From positions 1 through 64,000 of IMG/VR virus record IMGVR_UViG_3300046542_000335: a stretch of 64,000 nucleotides of DNA. One strand, 5' to 3'. Made by a program: the position numbers and the translations under genes. Positions within the stretch are counted from its first letter, which is position 1, and each line of letters opens with the position of its first letter. The notes beneath the pieces were generated by a model. It worked only from the letters and a program-made list of their open reading frames with translations. It ran no database searches and was not told the DNA's origin. Source of the DNA: a virus. Below are positions 20,106 to 29,927 of the stretch, piece after piece.

Positions 20106-21827
20106 ATGGAAATGGCTGAAGTCACTATTCCGCTTGGTAACGGCGATTCCGTTATCGTGTTCAAAGACCGCCGGGCCCTGACGTTCAATCTCCAGGACCT
20201 GTACAAATACAAGTTGGTCGATAGCTCGCCCGACATCATCAAAACCGAGAAGGGTGTCCACATCGCCAACGAAGGCGACTTGGTCTACGACTTCTCCATG
20301 GGCTGGTTCCGTGTCAGTCGCGTGGATTACACCACCTACGTGGCCGAGCTGAACATCTGGGAACCCCTCGATACTGGGGAGTCTCTGGCACAGCTGGACA
20401 TCCTGTTGGGTACTGGTCCTGGCTACGCTAGTGAAACCTGGCGCTGCTACCTGGACACTCGTGTGTTCCCTCACCGCCTGCAAGTGGATAACCAACTCCA
20501 CATCCGCGGTTCTGAGGCTCACGAGATCCGCATCTTTAAAGGTGTGAACGTCTCGGTCTCTGGTGAAGTCATCAGTGCGTACTACGTTAACAACGAATAC
20601 GTCAATGATGCCATTCCGCTGGAAGTCTACGCGACGACCAAGTTGGACAACATCGCTGAGAAGATCCCGAAGATGGGCTACACCAGCCGTAAGTTGAATG
20701 ACGGCGAAGTGGTCACAGCGGTGACGTACAACATCCACGGTACGCCGATCGACTACAACAAGCTCCTGATCCACAACACCAACCTGACTCGTGCTCCAAG
20801 CGAAGCTCAGAAGCGTGTGGCTGGCATCAAGCTGATCACCAGTCGTCTGTCCAGTTCCGAACCGAACGTGATCGAGATGCCAATCAACATCACGGTAGCG
20901 TCCCTGGCCATGCGTGCCCAAGTGACCTACACCGACGGCACCAGTTCCATCATGGACGTGGTGGACGAAGACGCCAACGGCAAGTTCCGCATCAATGGTC
21001 TGAAGTACTGGTCTCCAACCGTGGGTGGTCGCGAGCAGAAGCTCGAGTTGACCTACGAGTTGTCGCAGAACGAGGAATACTCGTACACGCAAGGTCAGAC
21101 TGCCAACGGCCGCGTGACCGAACCGTACCTGATCCGTGGCATCGAGTCCGATCCAGCATACAGCCTGAAGCTCTACGCCTACCCAACGTGGAAGGACAGC
21201 GTCAACGGCTACATCCTGGACTACTGGCTGTACGACGCTACCCGTCAGACGGCGCTGCGCGTTCCTCGTAACGCTGTGGAACTCCATCCGGACAGCTCGC
21301 CATTCAACGGCATCGACTTCACCACCATTCAGATCATGAAAGTGGCAGTCAAGATGAAGTTGATCGACGCGGCTTACGGCGACTACCAGCACGTTCAACA
21401 GTTCCAGGTCAGCTTGCTCCGCTCCGGTGGCATGCAGCAGACCAACTGGCGCATGAAGTTCTCCGACAACCAGGTCGACTGGTACGGCGACAACCTGATG
21501 GCCAAGATCACTGCCAACACTGGCGGTCTGTCTTACATCGAGTTGGCGAATGGCTTCACCAAGCAATCCGATTGGCTCAACGCTCTGTACTACGGGATCA
21601 ACCCACTGTACGACAACATGAGCGAAACCATCGCGCCAGCGCCTACCCACGTCATCATCACTACGAACACCCGTACGTTCGAACTGCCGATCAGTCAGTG
21701 GGCTACCAAAACGATCTTCGTCAACGACGTGATCGAGGGTGGCGTCATTTACCTGAAGTGGATCAAGCGTATGATCAACGGCGATCTACAGCTGGGTGTC
21801 AGTGGTGTGGTTTGTCACAACTATTGA
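20106..21827 (+). CDS. Virion structural protein (phiKZ gp26-like)
   Basis: Beta-rich ORF of about 573 aa upstream of terminase. Confidence 0.65.
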   Translation: MEMAEVTIPLGNGDSVIVFKDRRALTFNLQDLYKYKLVDSSPDIIKTEKGVHIANEGDLVYDFSMGWFRVSRVDYTTYVAELNIWEPLDTGESLAQLDILLGTGPGYASETWRCYLDTRVFPHRLQVDNQLHIRGSEAHEIRIFKGVNVSVSGEVISAYYVNNEYVNDAIPLEVYATTKLDNIAEKIPKMGYTSRKLNDGEVVTAVTYNIHGTPIDYNKLLIHNTNLTRAPSEAQKRVAGIKLITSRLSSSEPNVIEMPINITVASLAMRAQVTYTDGTSSIMDVVDEDANGKFRINGLKYWSPTVGGREQKLELTYELSQNEEYSYTQGQTANGRVTEPYLIRGIESDPAYSLKLYAYPTWKDSVNGYILDYWLYDATRQTALRVPRNAVELHPDSSPFNGIDFTTIQIMKVAVKMKLIDAAYGDYQHVQQFQVSLLRSGGMQQTNWRMKFSDNQVDWYGDNLMAKITANTGGLSYIELANGFTKQSDWLNALYYGINPLYDNMSETIAPAPTHVIITTNTRTFELPISQWATKTIFVNDVIEGGVIYLKWIKRMINGDLQLGVSGVVCHNY

Positions 21828-21868
21828 TTAGGAGACGGCTGGGGTAACTCCCAGCCGTACACCAACTT

Positions 21869-24028
21869 ATGGCCATTTTGTACGAAAAGGATTGGGACAA
21901 GTATCCCGACGCGATTGTTCACACGGAATCTCGTAACGAGTCCTGGGTGAGAATGGCGGGCAAATACAAGTTGATGGGAGTCAAGCATTGGTACATGATG
22001 CTGGCATTGATCCAGCCTGAGTTGGCCAAATGGGACCCTTTCGACCCTAACCTGCCTGAACACATTGTCCAGATGATGATGCTGGAATGCGAAGAGAACC
22101 CTTGGTACTTCTTCCGGGAGATCCAACGGGTACCTGCCAAATCTGGTGGTGGTTCTCACCCACTGCGGGCTAACCGCGGTAACATCGCCATGTTCTGGTG
22201 CGTAATGAACTCCTTCATTACCTACGTCCAGCAAATCCGTCAGACCGGTAAGTCGCTGAACACCCGCGCTGTGGTGAACTACTTCCACAACGTGGCAGCT
22301 CGTGATTCCATGCACATTCTGTTTACCAAGGGCGACCTGCGTAAAGAGGAGATCAAGGAATACAAGCTGATGCGGGACCTGCTGCCTAAGTGGATGTGGT
22401 ACTTGCATCCTAAGGACGCGGACAACCAGCATGAGTTCACCACCCTGTCCCGTGGCAACCGCACCAAGTCGTACGTTCCTCAAGGTGACCCTGAGGCAGC
22501 TAACGGCGTGGGTCGTGGTACAACTCCAACCCTGGTAACAGGTGACGAGGTTCCTTTCCTTCCGTACGCAGAGATCTCGATTCCTTCCCTGATCGCTGCA
22601 ACCACAGCCTCTTTCGACGAAGCCCGCGCAAACGGTTCCATGCACGGCATCTTGTACACGACTACGGCCGGTGACTTGTCCACCGATTCCGGTAAGTACG
22701 TGTTCGAGAAGATCAAGTCGATCGCGATGTTCTTCAGTGAGATCCTTTACGATTGCGTTGACCGTAAAGACGCCGTGGCCACTATCCGGGCTAACAGTAA
22801 GTCGGAAGCGCCCTACGTCGACATCTCCTTCAACCACCTGCAACTCGGTTACAGTGACGAGTGGCTGCGTGAGAAGATTGCTACCGTACCAGCGTCCCGA
22901 GACAAGATCCGTCGAGACTACCTGGGACAGTGGACGTTCGGTTCTGCCAGTAACCCGATCAAGGAGAAAGTCCTCAACCGTATCCGGAAGAGTCTCAACC
23001 AAGAGCCGATTACCGACAAGTCGAACGAATCGTACATTATCCGATACCACGTTCCGAAGGAAGAAGCCCTGCGCCGTAAGTCGGTACTGGGTCTCGATAC
23101 TTCCAACGCCGTGGGACGAGACAGCATGTCGGGCATCATGGTGGACATCGAAACCGGTGAGGTGTTGTTGGCCTTCTCGGTCTCTGAGTCCAACTTGATT
23201 CGATTCTCGATGTGGTTCAGTAAGTTTATCCAGGAATTCAAGGAGATGACGGTTATCCCTGAAGCCAAGTCTACTTGGATCACCATCCTGGACTACCTGC
23301 TGATCGATCTACCGGTGAATGGCGTTGACCCTGGCCGTCGCATCTACTCTCGGGTTGTCGATCGTGCAGAGCTCTCTGAGAGCGCTAAGCGGGACTATCG
23401 TGAGTACTCGCATGGCGTTCCTACTGAACGGAAGTTCTTTCCGTACCGTGCGGACTTTGGCTTCCCTACTTCGGGACCACTGCGGGAAGCGTTGTACATC
23501 GACATCATGCCAGTGGCTACTGAAACGACTGCAACCATGATTCGGGATGCCTCACTCATTGAGGAACTCTCGACCCTGGTGGAACGTCGTGGGCGGATTG
23601 ACCACGCCTCCAGCGGACACGATGACCATGTAATCTCATGGCTCATGACTCACTGGTTCATGCGTTCTGCTCGTAACCTGGATCACTACGGTATTGATAC
23701 TCGCCGTATCTTGAGTCGTTTGCGTACTGCGGCCGTTGAATCGCCACAGGAAAACAAACGGATCCTGAAGGAAGAGAAACTCCTGACGGATATCCAGTTG
23801 ATGGAGGAGAAGATCGACAACAGCAAGTCTCACATGGAACGTAAGTACCTGGAGACCAAGTTGAAGGTCATGCGCTCCGAACTGAAGTCGGTCGAAGTGG
23901 TGGACAGTGGTGTGTCTATCGATAAACACTCCGACACGGCCAGGTTTGACAAACAAGCTCGTGCGAAGTCCAAACATCGCGACCAGCTGTTTGGTGGGTT
24001 CAAGAACAACACGTTCCTTCGACGTTAA
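21869..24028 (+). CDS. terL: Terminase large subunit (phiKZ gp25-like)
   Basis: NPWYFFRE, Walker A RQTGKS, GRG motif, Walker B VTGDE, TTTAG, nuclease LGLDTS and HDDHVIS. Confidence 0.92.
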   Translation: MAILYEKDWDKYPDAIVHTESRNESWVRMAGKYKLMGVKHWYMMLALIQPELAKWDPFDPNLPEHIVQMMMLECEENPWYFFREIQRVPAKSGGGSHPLRANRGNIAMFWCVMNSFITYVQQIRQTGKSLNTRAVVNYFHNVAARDSMHILFTKGDLRKEEIKEYKLMRDLLPKWMWYLHPKDADNQHEFTTLSRGNRTKSYVPQGDPEAANGVGRGTTPTLVTGDEVPFLPYAEISIPSLIAATTASFDEARANGSMHGILYTTTAGDLSTDSGKYVFEKIKSIAMFFSEILYDCVDRKDAVATIRANSKSEAPYVDISFNHLQLGYSDEWLREKIATVPASRDKIRRDYLGQWTFGSASNPIKEKVLNRIRKSLNQEPITDKSNESYIIRYHVPKEEALRRKSVLGLDTSNAVGRDSMSGIMVDIETGEVLLAFSVSESNLIRFSMWFSKFIQEFKEMTVIPEAKSTWITILDYLLIDLPVNGVDPGRRIYSRVVDRAELSESAKRDYREYSHGVPTERKFFPYRADFGFPTSGPLREALYIDIMPVATETTATMIRDASLIEELSTLVERRGRIDHASSGHDDHVISWLMTHWFMRSARNLDHYGIDTRRILSRLRTAAVESPQENKRILKEEKLLTDIQLMEEKIDNSKSHMERKYLETKLKVMRSELKSVEVVDSGVSIDKHSDTARFDKQARAKSKHRDQLFGGFKNNTFLRR

Positions 24029-24029
24029 C

Positions 24030-24068
24030 GGCATAGAGGCAGGGGCGGTAAACCCCTGCCTCTATGCT
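24030..24068. terminator. Bidirectional hairpin flanked by GCATA/TATGC
   Basis: GCATAGAGGCAGGGG/CCCCTGCCTCTATGC between convergent genes; no T-tract. Confidence 0.75.
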
Positions 24069-24073
24069 GCGCA

Positions 24074-24403
24074 TTACGCTGAACGACGGTTCAGGTTTTC
24101 GAGCTCAACGCCGATCACCAGCGTGTGGTCTTGGTGTTCCTGACCCCACGTTTCCAGCAAGCCGGTCTGGTAGTCAACCCGGACAACGAACGGACCAATG
24201 TCTGCGGTGTAGCCATTGGCTTCACGTTTGACCGGACCGCCCTTGAAGCCGATGTACGAGCTGTTGGCCTCTTCGCCAGCTGCATCGAGGACGCCCATGA
24301 TCTCGACATGCTTGATGCTGTCGGTGAAGCAAGGGTTGTCACCACCCAACAGGGCAATGAGGTTGGCCTTACCTTGCTTGAACGGAATCTTGTACTGATG
24401 CAT
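24074..24403 (-). CDS. Hypothetical protein (109 aa)
   Basis: TAATG coupling to upstream small ORF. Confidence 0.65.
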   Translation of the reverse strand: MHQYKIPFKQGKANLIALLGGDNPCFTDSIKHVEIMGVLDAAGEEANSSYIGFKGGPVKREANGYTADIGPFVVRVDYQTGLLETWGQEHQDHTLVIGVELENLNRRSA

Positions 24404-24567
24404 TACGCCACCGCCTTACAAACCATGACTGGAACCGGAATACCCAACTCAGCACAACGTTTCTCAAGAGCTTCTTGAGCTGCCTGGAACTGACGCACTT
24501 GTTGGAGGTGCCACTCACGAGGACGTGGCTTGATCTTGCTGCGATCGAGCTGACTAAGCCGGACCAT
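24403..24567 (-). CDS. Small hypothetical protein (54 aa, not in ORF track)
   Basis: MVRLSQLDRSKIKPRPREWHLQQVRQFQAAQEALEKRCAELGIPVPVMVCKAVA; TAATG overlaps at both ends. Confidence 0.65.
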   Translation of the reverse strand: MVRLSQLDRSKIKPRPREWHLQQVRQFQAAQEALEKRCAELGIPVPVMVCKAVA

Positions 24568-24908
24568 TAGACAGCAACCTCGTGTTCGATCTGGCTGAAC
24601 GCATCAACCTTCTTCTGGGTGACGTTCATGTACAGCTTGAGCAGATCACGCTCGATGTCGGCCAAGTCGCCAGGAACGCCTTCCAGAGCATCCAGACGGG
24701 CTTGGAACTCGACCATGTCCGCCAGGATCAGCTGTTGGTCGTAAGTGAACTGACCAACATGACCCAACGCCAGGTGGGATTCGTCGAACGCCTCTTTCGG
24801 AGACCAGGAGATGTGACCGTTGGAGTACTTGACGTTGTACCCAGCTTGACCGTCCTTTTCCTGTTCCCAGGCCATTACGATCTTACGACCTACGTAGTGT
24901 TGAGTCAT
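24567..24908 (-). CDS. Conserved small phage protein (GYxVxY...SWSPK domain plus helical crAss001_48-like domain)
   Basis: YVGRKIVMAW..GYNVKYSNGHISWSPKEAF motif. Confidence 0.6.
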   Translation of the reverse strand: MTQHYVGRKIVMAWEQEKDGQAGYNVKYSNGHISWSPKEAFDESHLALGHVGQFTYDQQLILADMVEFQARLDALEGVPGDLADIERDLLKLYMNVTQKKVDAFSQIEHEVAV

Positions 24909-24920
24909 GTTGCTATTCCC

Positions 24921-26180
24921 TTATTGGCGGTAGTGTTTCATAGTGAATGTGCGGAGGAGGATGTAAAGCAGTACTGCGTTGCGGACAGCTGCGATGAGAA
25001 CACCGTTCTTACTCTTCAGAGTCCGGCGGGCGATCCCTTCAGCCAGTTCGCGCATTTCGATGATCTGCGGATCTGCGGTACGACTGGCTTGATAGAGAGC
25101 ACGCATCTTCTTGAGCAACCCGCCGATGTCACTTTGGTTCTCCATCACGTTAGGATTTCGAGCCAGGTAATTGAAGGCGTGTTGCAATACGACCGTACAA
25201 AGCTGTTGAACGTCTTTGTCGGCACGAGGCGAGGAGTTGGCACTCATGTATTGCAAAGTCGCCTGCAACGAGCTCTTAGGCATCGTAGGGACGGTCTTGG
25301 CAATCACTTCGATGAGTTCAGGCACCATGAAGCTGTTCTTGTCCGGGAGCACTTCCAGGATGTAGCGCATATAGGTAGACACGAGTCGTGTTTTATCACG
25401 CACTTTCAACTCGCCATCCATCTCAATCATGGAGCTACTGGAACGGATCTGCATCTCAGGACTGTTCTTAACGACGGTGAAGACGTCCCGGATGTTCTTC
25501 AGGATATCCTTGATACGACCTTGAGTGTCGTTCACCATATATACAACTTTGTCGTCGTTAAGAAATGACAACAGTTCTTTATAGTGTAGCTCACCTTTAC
25601 CTACGACTGCTGCCGCACGAATGCGTAGCAGGGCACCCCAACTACCAGCCACCTTCAAACCAAAGCGTTTGTTGAGGGCTGCGTAGGTAGCCTGTGCGAT
25701 AATCGGGTCGGCGTTATAACGGAACCAATCGGTGAGGATGGAGGTGATGAACTTGTATTGCACAACCAGGATGGAAGCAAGCGCGCCTTCATAACGCTGC
25801 TGTTCATTCAGCAACGGACTGGTGAGGAAACGGTGAGCCATCCAGAAACAGCTGAGGTTCATTACGTCGCTGGATACATGGCGGTGAGGTAGGATAGCAG
25901 GCAGGGCGTGGAGATCATCCTCCAGCGAGTCCTCATCGGCATCCATGACTTCGTTGAACCAGCGGTTGCGATCCTCGTCCTTAAAGCGGACAGGGTGGAC
26001 GCCCATGAGGTTTCCGCCGAAGAACGCGATGTGTGTGTCGTTCTTGTTTACGAACTGCTGCTCGTAGACTTTTACCTTTGTCAGAAACTTCACGTCAAAA
26101 ATGATGTGAGAACAGTGTTTCTCAAAGGTACTGTTGACGCAAGGCGAATCGGCCTTTACAGACGGCAAGACGTTGCTCAT
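24921..26180 (-). CDS. Conserved jumbo-phage protein (phiKZ gp32-like)
   Basis: 419 aa, FFGGNLMGV motif and LLYILLR C-terminus; synteny with terminase block. Confidence 0.6.
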   Translation of the reverse strand: MSNVLPSVKADSPCVNSTFEKHCSHIIFDVKFLTKVKVYEQQFVNKNDTHIAFFGGNLMGVHPVRFKDEDRNRWFNEVMDADEDSLEDDLHALPAILPHRHVSSDVMNLSCFWMAHRFLTSPLLNEQQRYEGALASILVVQYKFITSILTDWFRYNADPIIAQATYAALNKRFGLKVAGSWGALLRIRAAAVVGKGELHYKELLSFLNDDKVVYMVNDTQGRIKDILKNIRDVFTVVKNSPEMQIRSSSSMIEMDGELKVRDKTRLVSTYMRYILEVLPDKNSFMVPELIEVIAKTVPTMPKSSLQATLQYMSANSSPRADKDVQQLCTVVLQHAFNYLARNPNVMENQSDIGGLLKKMRALYQASRTADPQIIEMRELAEGIARRTLKSKNGVLIAAVRNAVLLYILLRTFTMKHYRQ

Positions 26181-26218
26181 GAGTACCTCAATAAATCGAT
26201 TGAAATTAATTATGACAG

Positions 26219-26226
26219 TACATTAC
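26219..26226 (+). promoter_or_regulatory. Putative early promoter core TACATTAC
   Basis: AT-rich upstream, divergent intergenic region. Confidence 0.55.
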
Positions 26227-26248
26227 TGCCATGATCAGGAGAAGAAAG

Positions 26249-26434
26249 ATGTCGATCAAAACTGAAAGCATTAGCACTGGCCAAGGTATCGAATGTGAAG
26301 ACTGCTGCTCGTTCGCGAGCATGCGCGTTGTCACTCCGAAGGAGACGTTCCATCTCTGTGGCCGACATTACAATGACCGCCGTGACGACTTTGACGTCTC
26401 AACCCCGGCAAAAGAAACCACATCATTAGGCTGA
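26249..26434 (+). CDS. Small putative zinc-binding protein
   Basis: AGGAG SD; CEDC...CGRH. Confidence 0.6.
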   Translation: MSIKTESISTGQGIECEDCCSFASMRVVTPKETFHLCGRHYNDRRDDFDVSTPAKETTSLG

Positions 26435-26452
26435 TTTACCGTGGAGGTAACC

Positions 26453-26920
26453 ATGCATCAGACTCAAGTAGCCCAACGAAGCGCGTTCGCTCACGTCCTT
26501 GAACACCACACTCTGGATTATCTCATGTGCGATAACGAACTGAGCCAGCGACTGGTCTCAATGAACGAAGAAGTTGAAGTCCCGCGCACTGTCGTTGGGA
26601 TGTCCTACCCACCGACCAAACGTTGGTCGTCTACCGAGACTTGCCTGGAGTATCTCCGCATTCTCGCCTACGTTCCAGATCACCACTACGAACTGGAAAT
26701 GGAAAGCGCCACCTTCCCACTCATGATGCTCCAGGTTCATGAGAACTATCGTCCTGAGCTCTCCCTGGATGAGTTCCACGACGAAGTATCGACCAAGGCT
26801 GGCGTCATCAAGCTGTTGGTCTTCCTGACCGGTGAAGAGTATCCTGCGAAGCCGTTCTCCTGGGAAGGGTTGTTCTGGGATATCCAGCCAATCGATCAGT
26901 TCCAAGCCATCCAACAATGA
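26453..26920 (+). CDS. Hypothetical protein
   Basis: GGAGG SD. Confidence 0.7.
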   Translation: MHQTQVAQRSAFAHVLEHHTLDYLMCDNELSQRLVSMNEEVEVPRTVVGMSYPPTKRWSSTETCLEYLRILAYVPDHHYELEMESATFPLMMLQVHENYRPELSLDEFHDEVSTKAGVIKLLVFLTGEEYPAKPFSWEGLFWDIQPIDQFQAIQQ

Positions 26921-26956
26921 CATAAAGGCGGGGGTGAAAGCTCCTGCCTTTATGCT
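26919..26956. terminator. Hairpin flanked by GACATAAA/TTTATGC
   Basis: CATAAAGGCGGGGG-TGAAAG-CTCCTGCCTTTATG. Confidence 0.65.
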
Positions 26957-27112
26957 GCGTCCTCTTCGGCTCAGTTCGCTGGGCGTGGTCGAAGTAAACC
27001 ATCACCATGCCTGACGGCAAGGGAGCGTGTAATGAAACGTCAATTCCATGGCCACCCGCAACGGCCTAACAATCAGCAACAAACCCCACAGTCCACTCAA
27101 GAGAAACCCGCC

Positions 27113-27529
27113 ATGACTTTCGAAGTTAACGAACACGAAAACGAAAAAGGTAATGGTCACCAAGGCGACCAGTCCCGCCAACCAGTAGCCGGTAGCACTG
27201 ACACCGCCGTTACCCACGGCGATGTTCACCTGGCCCTGCGTTGCCGTCAAGCGGCCCTGGACGTCGTTCTGGATGGCGTGCCGTTGATGCGTGCCCAATC
27301 CCGCCTGATGAGCATCGTGGACAGCCAGTGGTGGCAGCAAGCCTTCGAGCTGACCAATCAGGAAGTCCTGCGCCACCGCGACATGCTGGCCGAAGGCGCA
27401 ACCTTCCAAGAGATCGTTCTCTCCGCCGAAGACAACGGTGAAGACATGATCTCCCTGGCCAAGCGTCTCAACGTCAGCTTTGAATCCATCGCTGACGCCC
27501 TCGACAACCGCGACACTGTGAAGATCTAA
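27113..27529 (+). CDS. Hypothetical protein
   Basis: ORF with phage codon bias; start uncertain (27032 or 27113). Confidence 0.65.
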   Translation: MTFEVNEHENEKGNGHQGDQSRQPVAGSTDTAVTHGDVHLALRCRQAALDVVLDGVPLMRAQSRLMSIVDSQWWQQAFELTNQEVLRHRDMLAEGATFQEIVLSAEDNGEDMISLAKRLNVSFESIADALDNRDTVKI

Positions 27530-27538
27530 GGAGCCGAC

Positions 27539-28252
27539 ATGGCTGGCAAGACTACTGCTAAAGCACCATCTGGTACCGCTGCGGACAAACCGCAAACCCG
27601 TGCTAAGCCAGGCCCTAAGCCTGGTGCTGCGAAAGCGGCTACCAAACCCGCTGCCGCTAAACCGGCGGACCCTAAACCGGAAGCACCTACCAGCCCGGAG
27701 CAACTGGCGATGAAGGTCGACCACACCAAGGAAAACAGCGATACCTTCATGACGATCGTCGAAGTGGGTACCGCGAAGAAGGTGTTCTTGGAGAACATGG
27801 CTCATGCCCTGATCTTCGACATCTTCCAAATGCACCAGGTGCTCCACGCGCTCCGCAGCATCACCGACGTAGAAGCCAGTTACTTCTTGGACTTCTACGC
27901 CTCCCGTCTGCGTCCGCTGTTGGTCGAAGACATCCTGAACGGCGACATCGGCGGTCTGCTGGACCTCGGTGTCTGGTACGCACTGGACGGTCAGGAAGAG
28001 ATCCTCACGGAAGGTCTGATCACTCGCCTCGGCGATGACATCCAGGCTACCCCTGAGCAAACTCGCAAGCTGGCCATCGAAGCCGTCTACGGCGACAACC
28101 GCAACGAGACTCCTTCCAGGGGTGAACGTTGGATGCCTGCCCTACACCGCAACAGCTCCCGTGAGGACCTGGAACGTGTAGCGCCAGGTCATGGCGGCCG
28201 GTCGGCCTCGGATGCGCGTGAGAGCACTTATACCTCGCGCCGCAACCGTTAA
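27539..28252 (+). CDS. Hypothetical protein with Lys/Ala/Pro-rich N-terminus and Arg-rich C-terminus
   Basis: AAGGAG SD; 237 aa. Confidence 0.75.
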   Translation: MAGKTTAKAPSGTAADKPQTRAKPGPKPGAAKAATKPAAAKPADPKPEAPTSPEQLAMKVDHTKENSDTFMTIVEVGTAKKVFLENMAHALIFDIFQMHQVLHALRSITDVEASYFLDFYASRLRPLLVEDILNGDIGGLLDLGVWYALDGQEEILTEGLITRLGDDIQATPEQTRKLAIEAVYGDNRNETPSRGERWMPALHRNSSREDLERVAPGHGGRSASDARESTYTSRRNR

Positions 28253-28261
28253 CGATTAAGA

Positions 28262-28307
28262 AGGATGGGAGGGGAGGGCCAACCCCTCTCCTGTCTTTCT
28301 TTTTTTG
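28262..28307 (+). terminator. Intrinsic terminator (TTTCTTTTTT class)
   Basis: G-rich/C-rich stem then TCTTTCTTTTTTT. Confidence 0.75.
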
Positions 28308-28380
28308 TGTAAATAATGACACCGTTGGCTAGATAGTATGTTTCACCTCTTTTCATGCTGGAGAAGGCGAGGAAGGGGGT

Positions 28381-28591
28381 GGTATAGACTCGAGCGAAGC
28401 GATGAGGATATACCGGGGGATGGAGTGGATGAGGCATAACTCAATCTAGTCTGACCAGTGAGTGTAACGAACGCCGTTAGACTAGATTATCTATATAGCG
28501 CCGCAGGCGCTAATAGGGTTGTAAAATATTACAGAATAGCTAAATCCTATTTAGATCTAAAGAGAGTCTGGGTCTACTGCCCAGACTCTCT
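28381..28591. other. Non-coding cluster of four hairpins, three with GNA-triloop motifs, plus GTAAAATATTAC
   Basis: Inverted repeats at 28381-28414, 28443-28488, 28496-28512, 28561-28591. Confidence 0.6.
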
Positions 28592-28669
28592 GCTCTTAAT
28601 AGACCGAATAAGATGAGTGCGGTTTACCACCGCACGAAATCATTACTCCAACAACCAAGGGTCTTTTCG

Positions 28670-29215
28670 ATGTCCTACTATGCTGAACTACTCAAGGGGA
28701 GTTTTGAATCCCTGAAATCCGCTACTGAGCCAGGCATGCGTTCCAGTGGTGGTTCCATGATTGACGTCAAGGTCAGTGAGAACCCTGTGCTGGACAAAGT
28801 CGTTCCAGTGAAGGAAGAGGTCCGTAAGGCCCTGCAAGTCTCCGGTTACCTGATCAAGGGCGACGGTACGCTGGATGCTGGTGAAGAAGATGGTCCTACC
28901 CCTGCTGTCAAACCTAGCCTGGAATCCTCGGGTCACGATCCGGTAGCCTTGGCTGCGATGGTAAGTCAGGGTCAAGTGCCTAAAGAGACCAACCTGGTGG
29001 TCAATGGCGTACACCTGGCGGAAAGCATCGATCCGAATGCTACCCAGACCCAGACGGTCACCATCATGACCCCGAACGATGTGGTCGATCCTGAAGCCGA
29101 CGTATTGTTCCTCACCGGGGATGATGAATACGGCAGCGCCAAAGAGTACCTCTCCACTGAGGGCTACAAGGTAGCGACTACCACGGATGAGCTGATCACT
29201 CTCCTGCGCTCGTAA
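28670..29215 (+). CDS. Probable head protein with protease sites
   Basis: SFE-S and SLE-S motifs; acidic. Confidence 0.55.
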   Translation: MSYYAELLKGSFESLKSATEPGMRSSGGSMIDVKVSENPVLDKVVPVKEEVRKALQVSGYLIKGDGTLDAGEEDGPTPAVKPSLESSGHDPVALAAMVSQGQVPKETNLVVNGVHLAESIDPNATQTQTVTIMTPNDVVDPEADVLFLTGDDEYGSAKEYLSTEGYKVATTTDELITLLRS

Positions 29216-29268
29216 AAACTTACACGGCAGAGGTATCTGTTGAACAACCCTCTGCCGTTGGAGTGACC

Positions 29269-29880
29269 ATGGCTAAAGAAGTCGTACCAAATCCAGAGCT
29301 GCGCAAGATCGGCTTGGAGTTCTACAAAGGTCCTTTCCGATTCGACCATCTCGGTGGTTACATCTGGGCTAAGGGCGATCCATCCACCCACGGCAGCCAG
29401 ATGTTTGCCGACCTTGATCAGGCTGGTGAGCGTTGTGCTCGTATCCGTGGCTGGGGTGCTCTCCAGTACCTGAAAGGCGTGGACTGCGGTGCACTGCAAG
29501 ATGAAATCGGCGTGATGTTCGCTGAAGCCATCACTGAGTACTGGGATCGGGCAAAGAACACACTGGTCGTCGTACTGCCTGCTCCTGGCACAAAGACGCC
29601 TGAACTCCTACAACTACTCACCTACCTCGACCAGCACCACCAGAACGAGTACAACATCGACGTAGAGGGTGAGATGAAGGGCGGTTGGGAAAACAACACA
29701 CCGACCACGTTCGCTCCAGATATTGACGTTGCCGTACCACGCTGCCATGTCCAACGCTACTGGAAGTTCTGGCTGCATTCGCAGGGCATAGAAGCCTCCC
29801 TGCGAGAAGGTGATATAATCACCCTCCAGCAAGGTCGCTTCTTGATCACCCGTGCAGGCACTCCGGTACAGCAAAACTAA
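29269..29880 (+). CDS. Hypothetical protein
   Basis: GGAG SD; PFRF..GYIW..RIRGWG motif seen in phage accessory proteins. Confidence 0.65.
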   Translation: MAKEVVPNPELRKIGLEFYKGPFRFDHLGGYIWAKGDPSTHGSQMFADLDQAGERCARIRGWGALQYLKGVDCGALQDEIGVMFAEAITEYWDRAKNTLVVVLPAPGTKTPELLQLLTYLDQHHQNEYNIDVEGEMKGGWENNTPTTFAPDIDVAVPRCHVQRYWKFWLHSQGIEASLREGDIITLQQGRFLITRAGTPVQQN

Positions 29881-29888
29881 TACAGCCA

Positions 29889-29896
29889 TACATTAT
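29889..29896 (+). promoter_or_regulatory. Putative early promoter core TACATTAT pointing antisense into 29928..30767
   Basis: AATACAGCCA-TACATTAT matches full consensus. Confidence 0.5.
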
Positions 29897-29927
29897 CAAG
29901 GTGTAAGCTATTGATAATGCGGAGGTA

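Noticed and set aside
20076-21860. Short GC hairpins with GTAA loops between structural genes (about 20077 and 21836; similar at 46310 and 59320)
   Set aside because: No A- or B-type tail; probably mRNA stabilisers or attenuators, not enough evidence to call terminators
28249-28437. 62-aa minus-strand ORF in the hairpin gap
   Set aside because: Runs through a terminator, atypical composition, no SD
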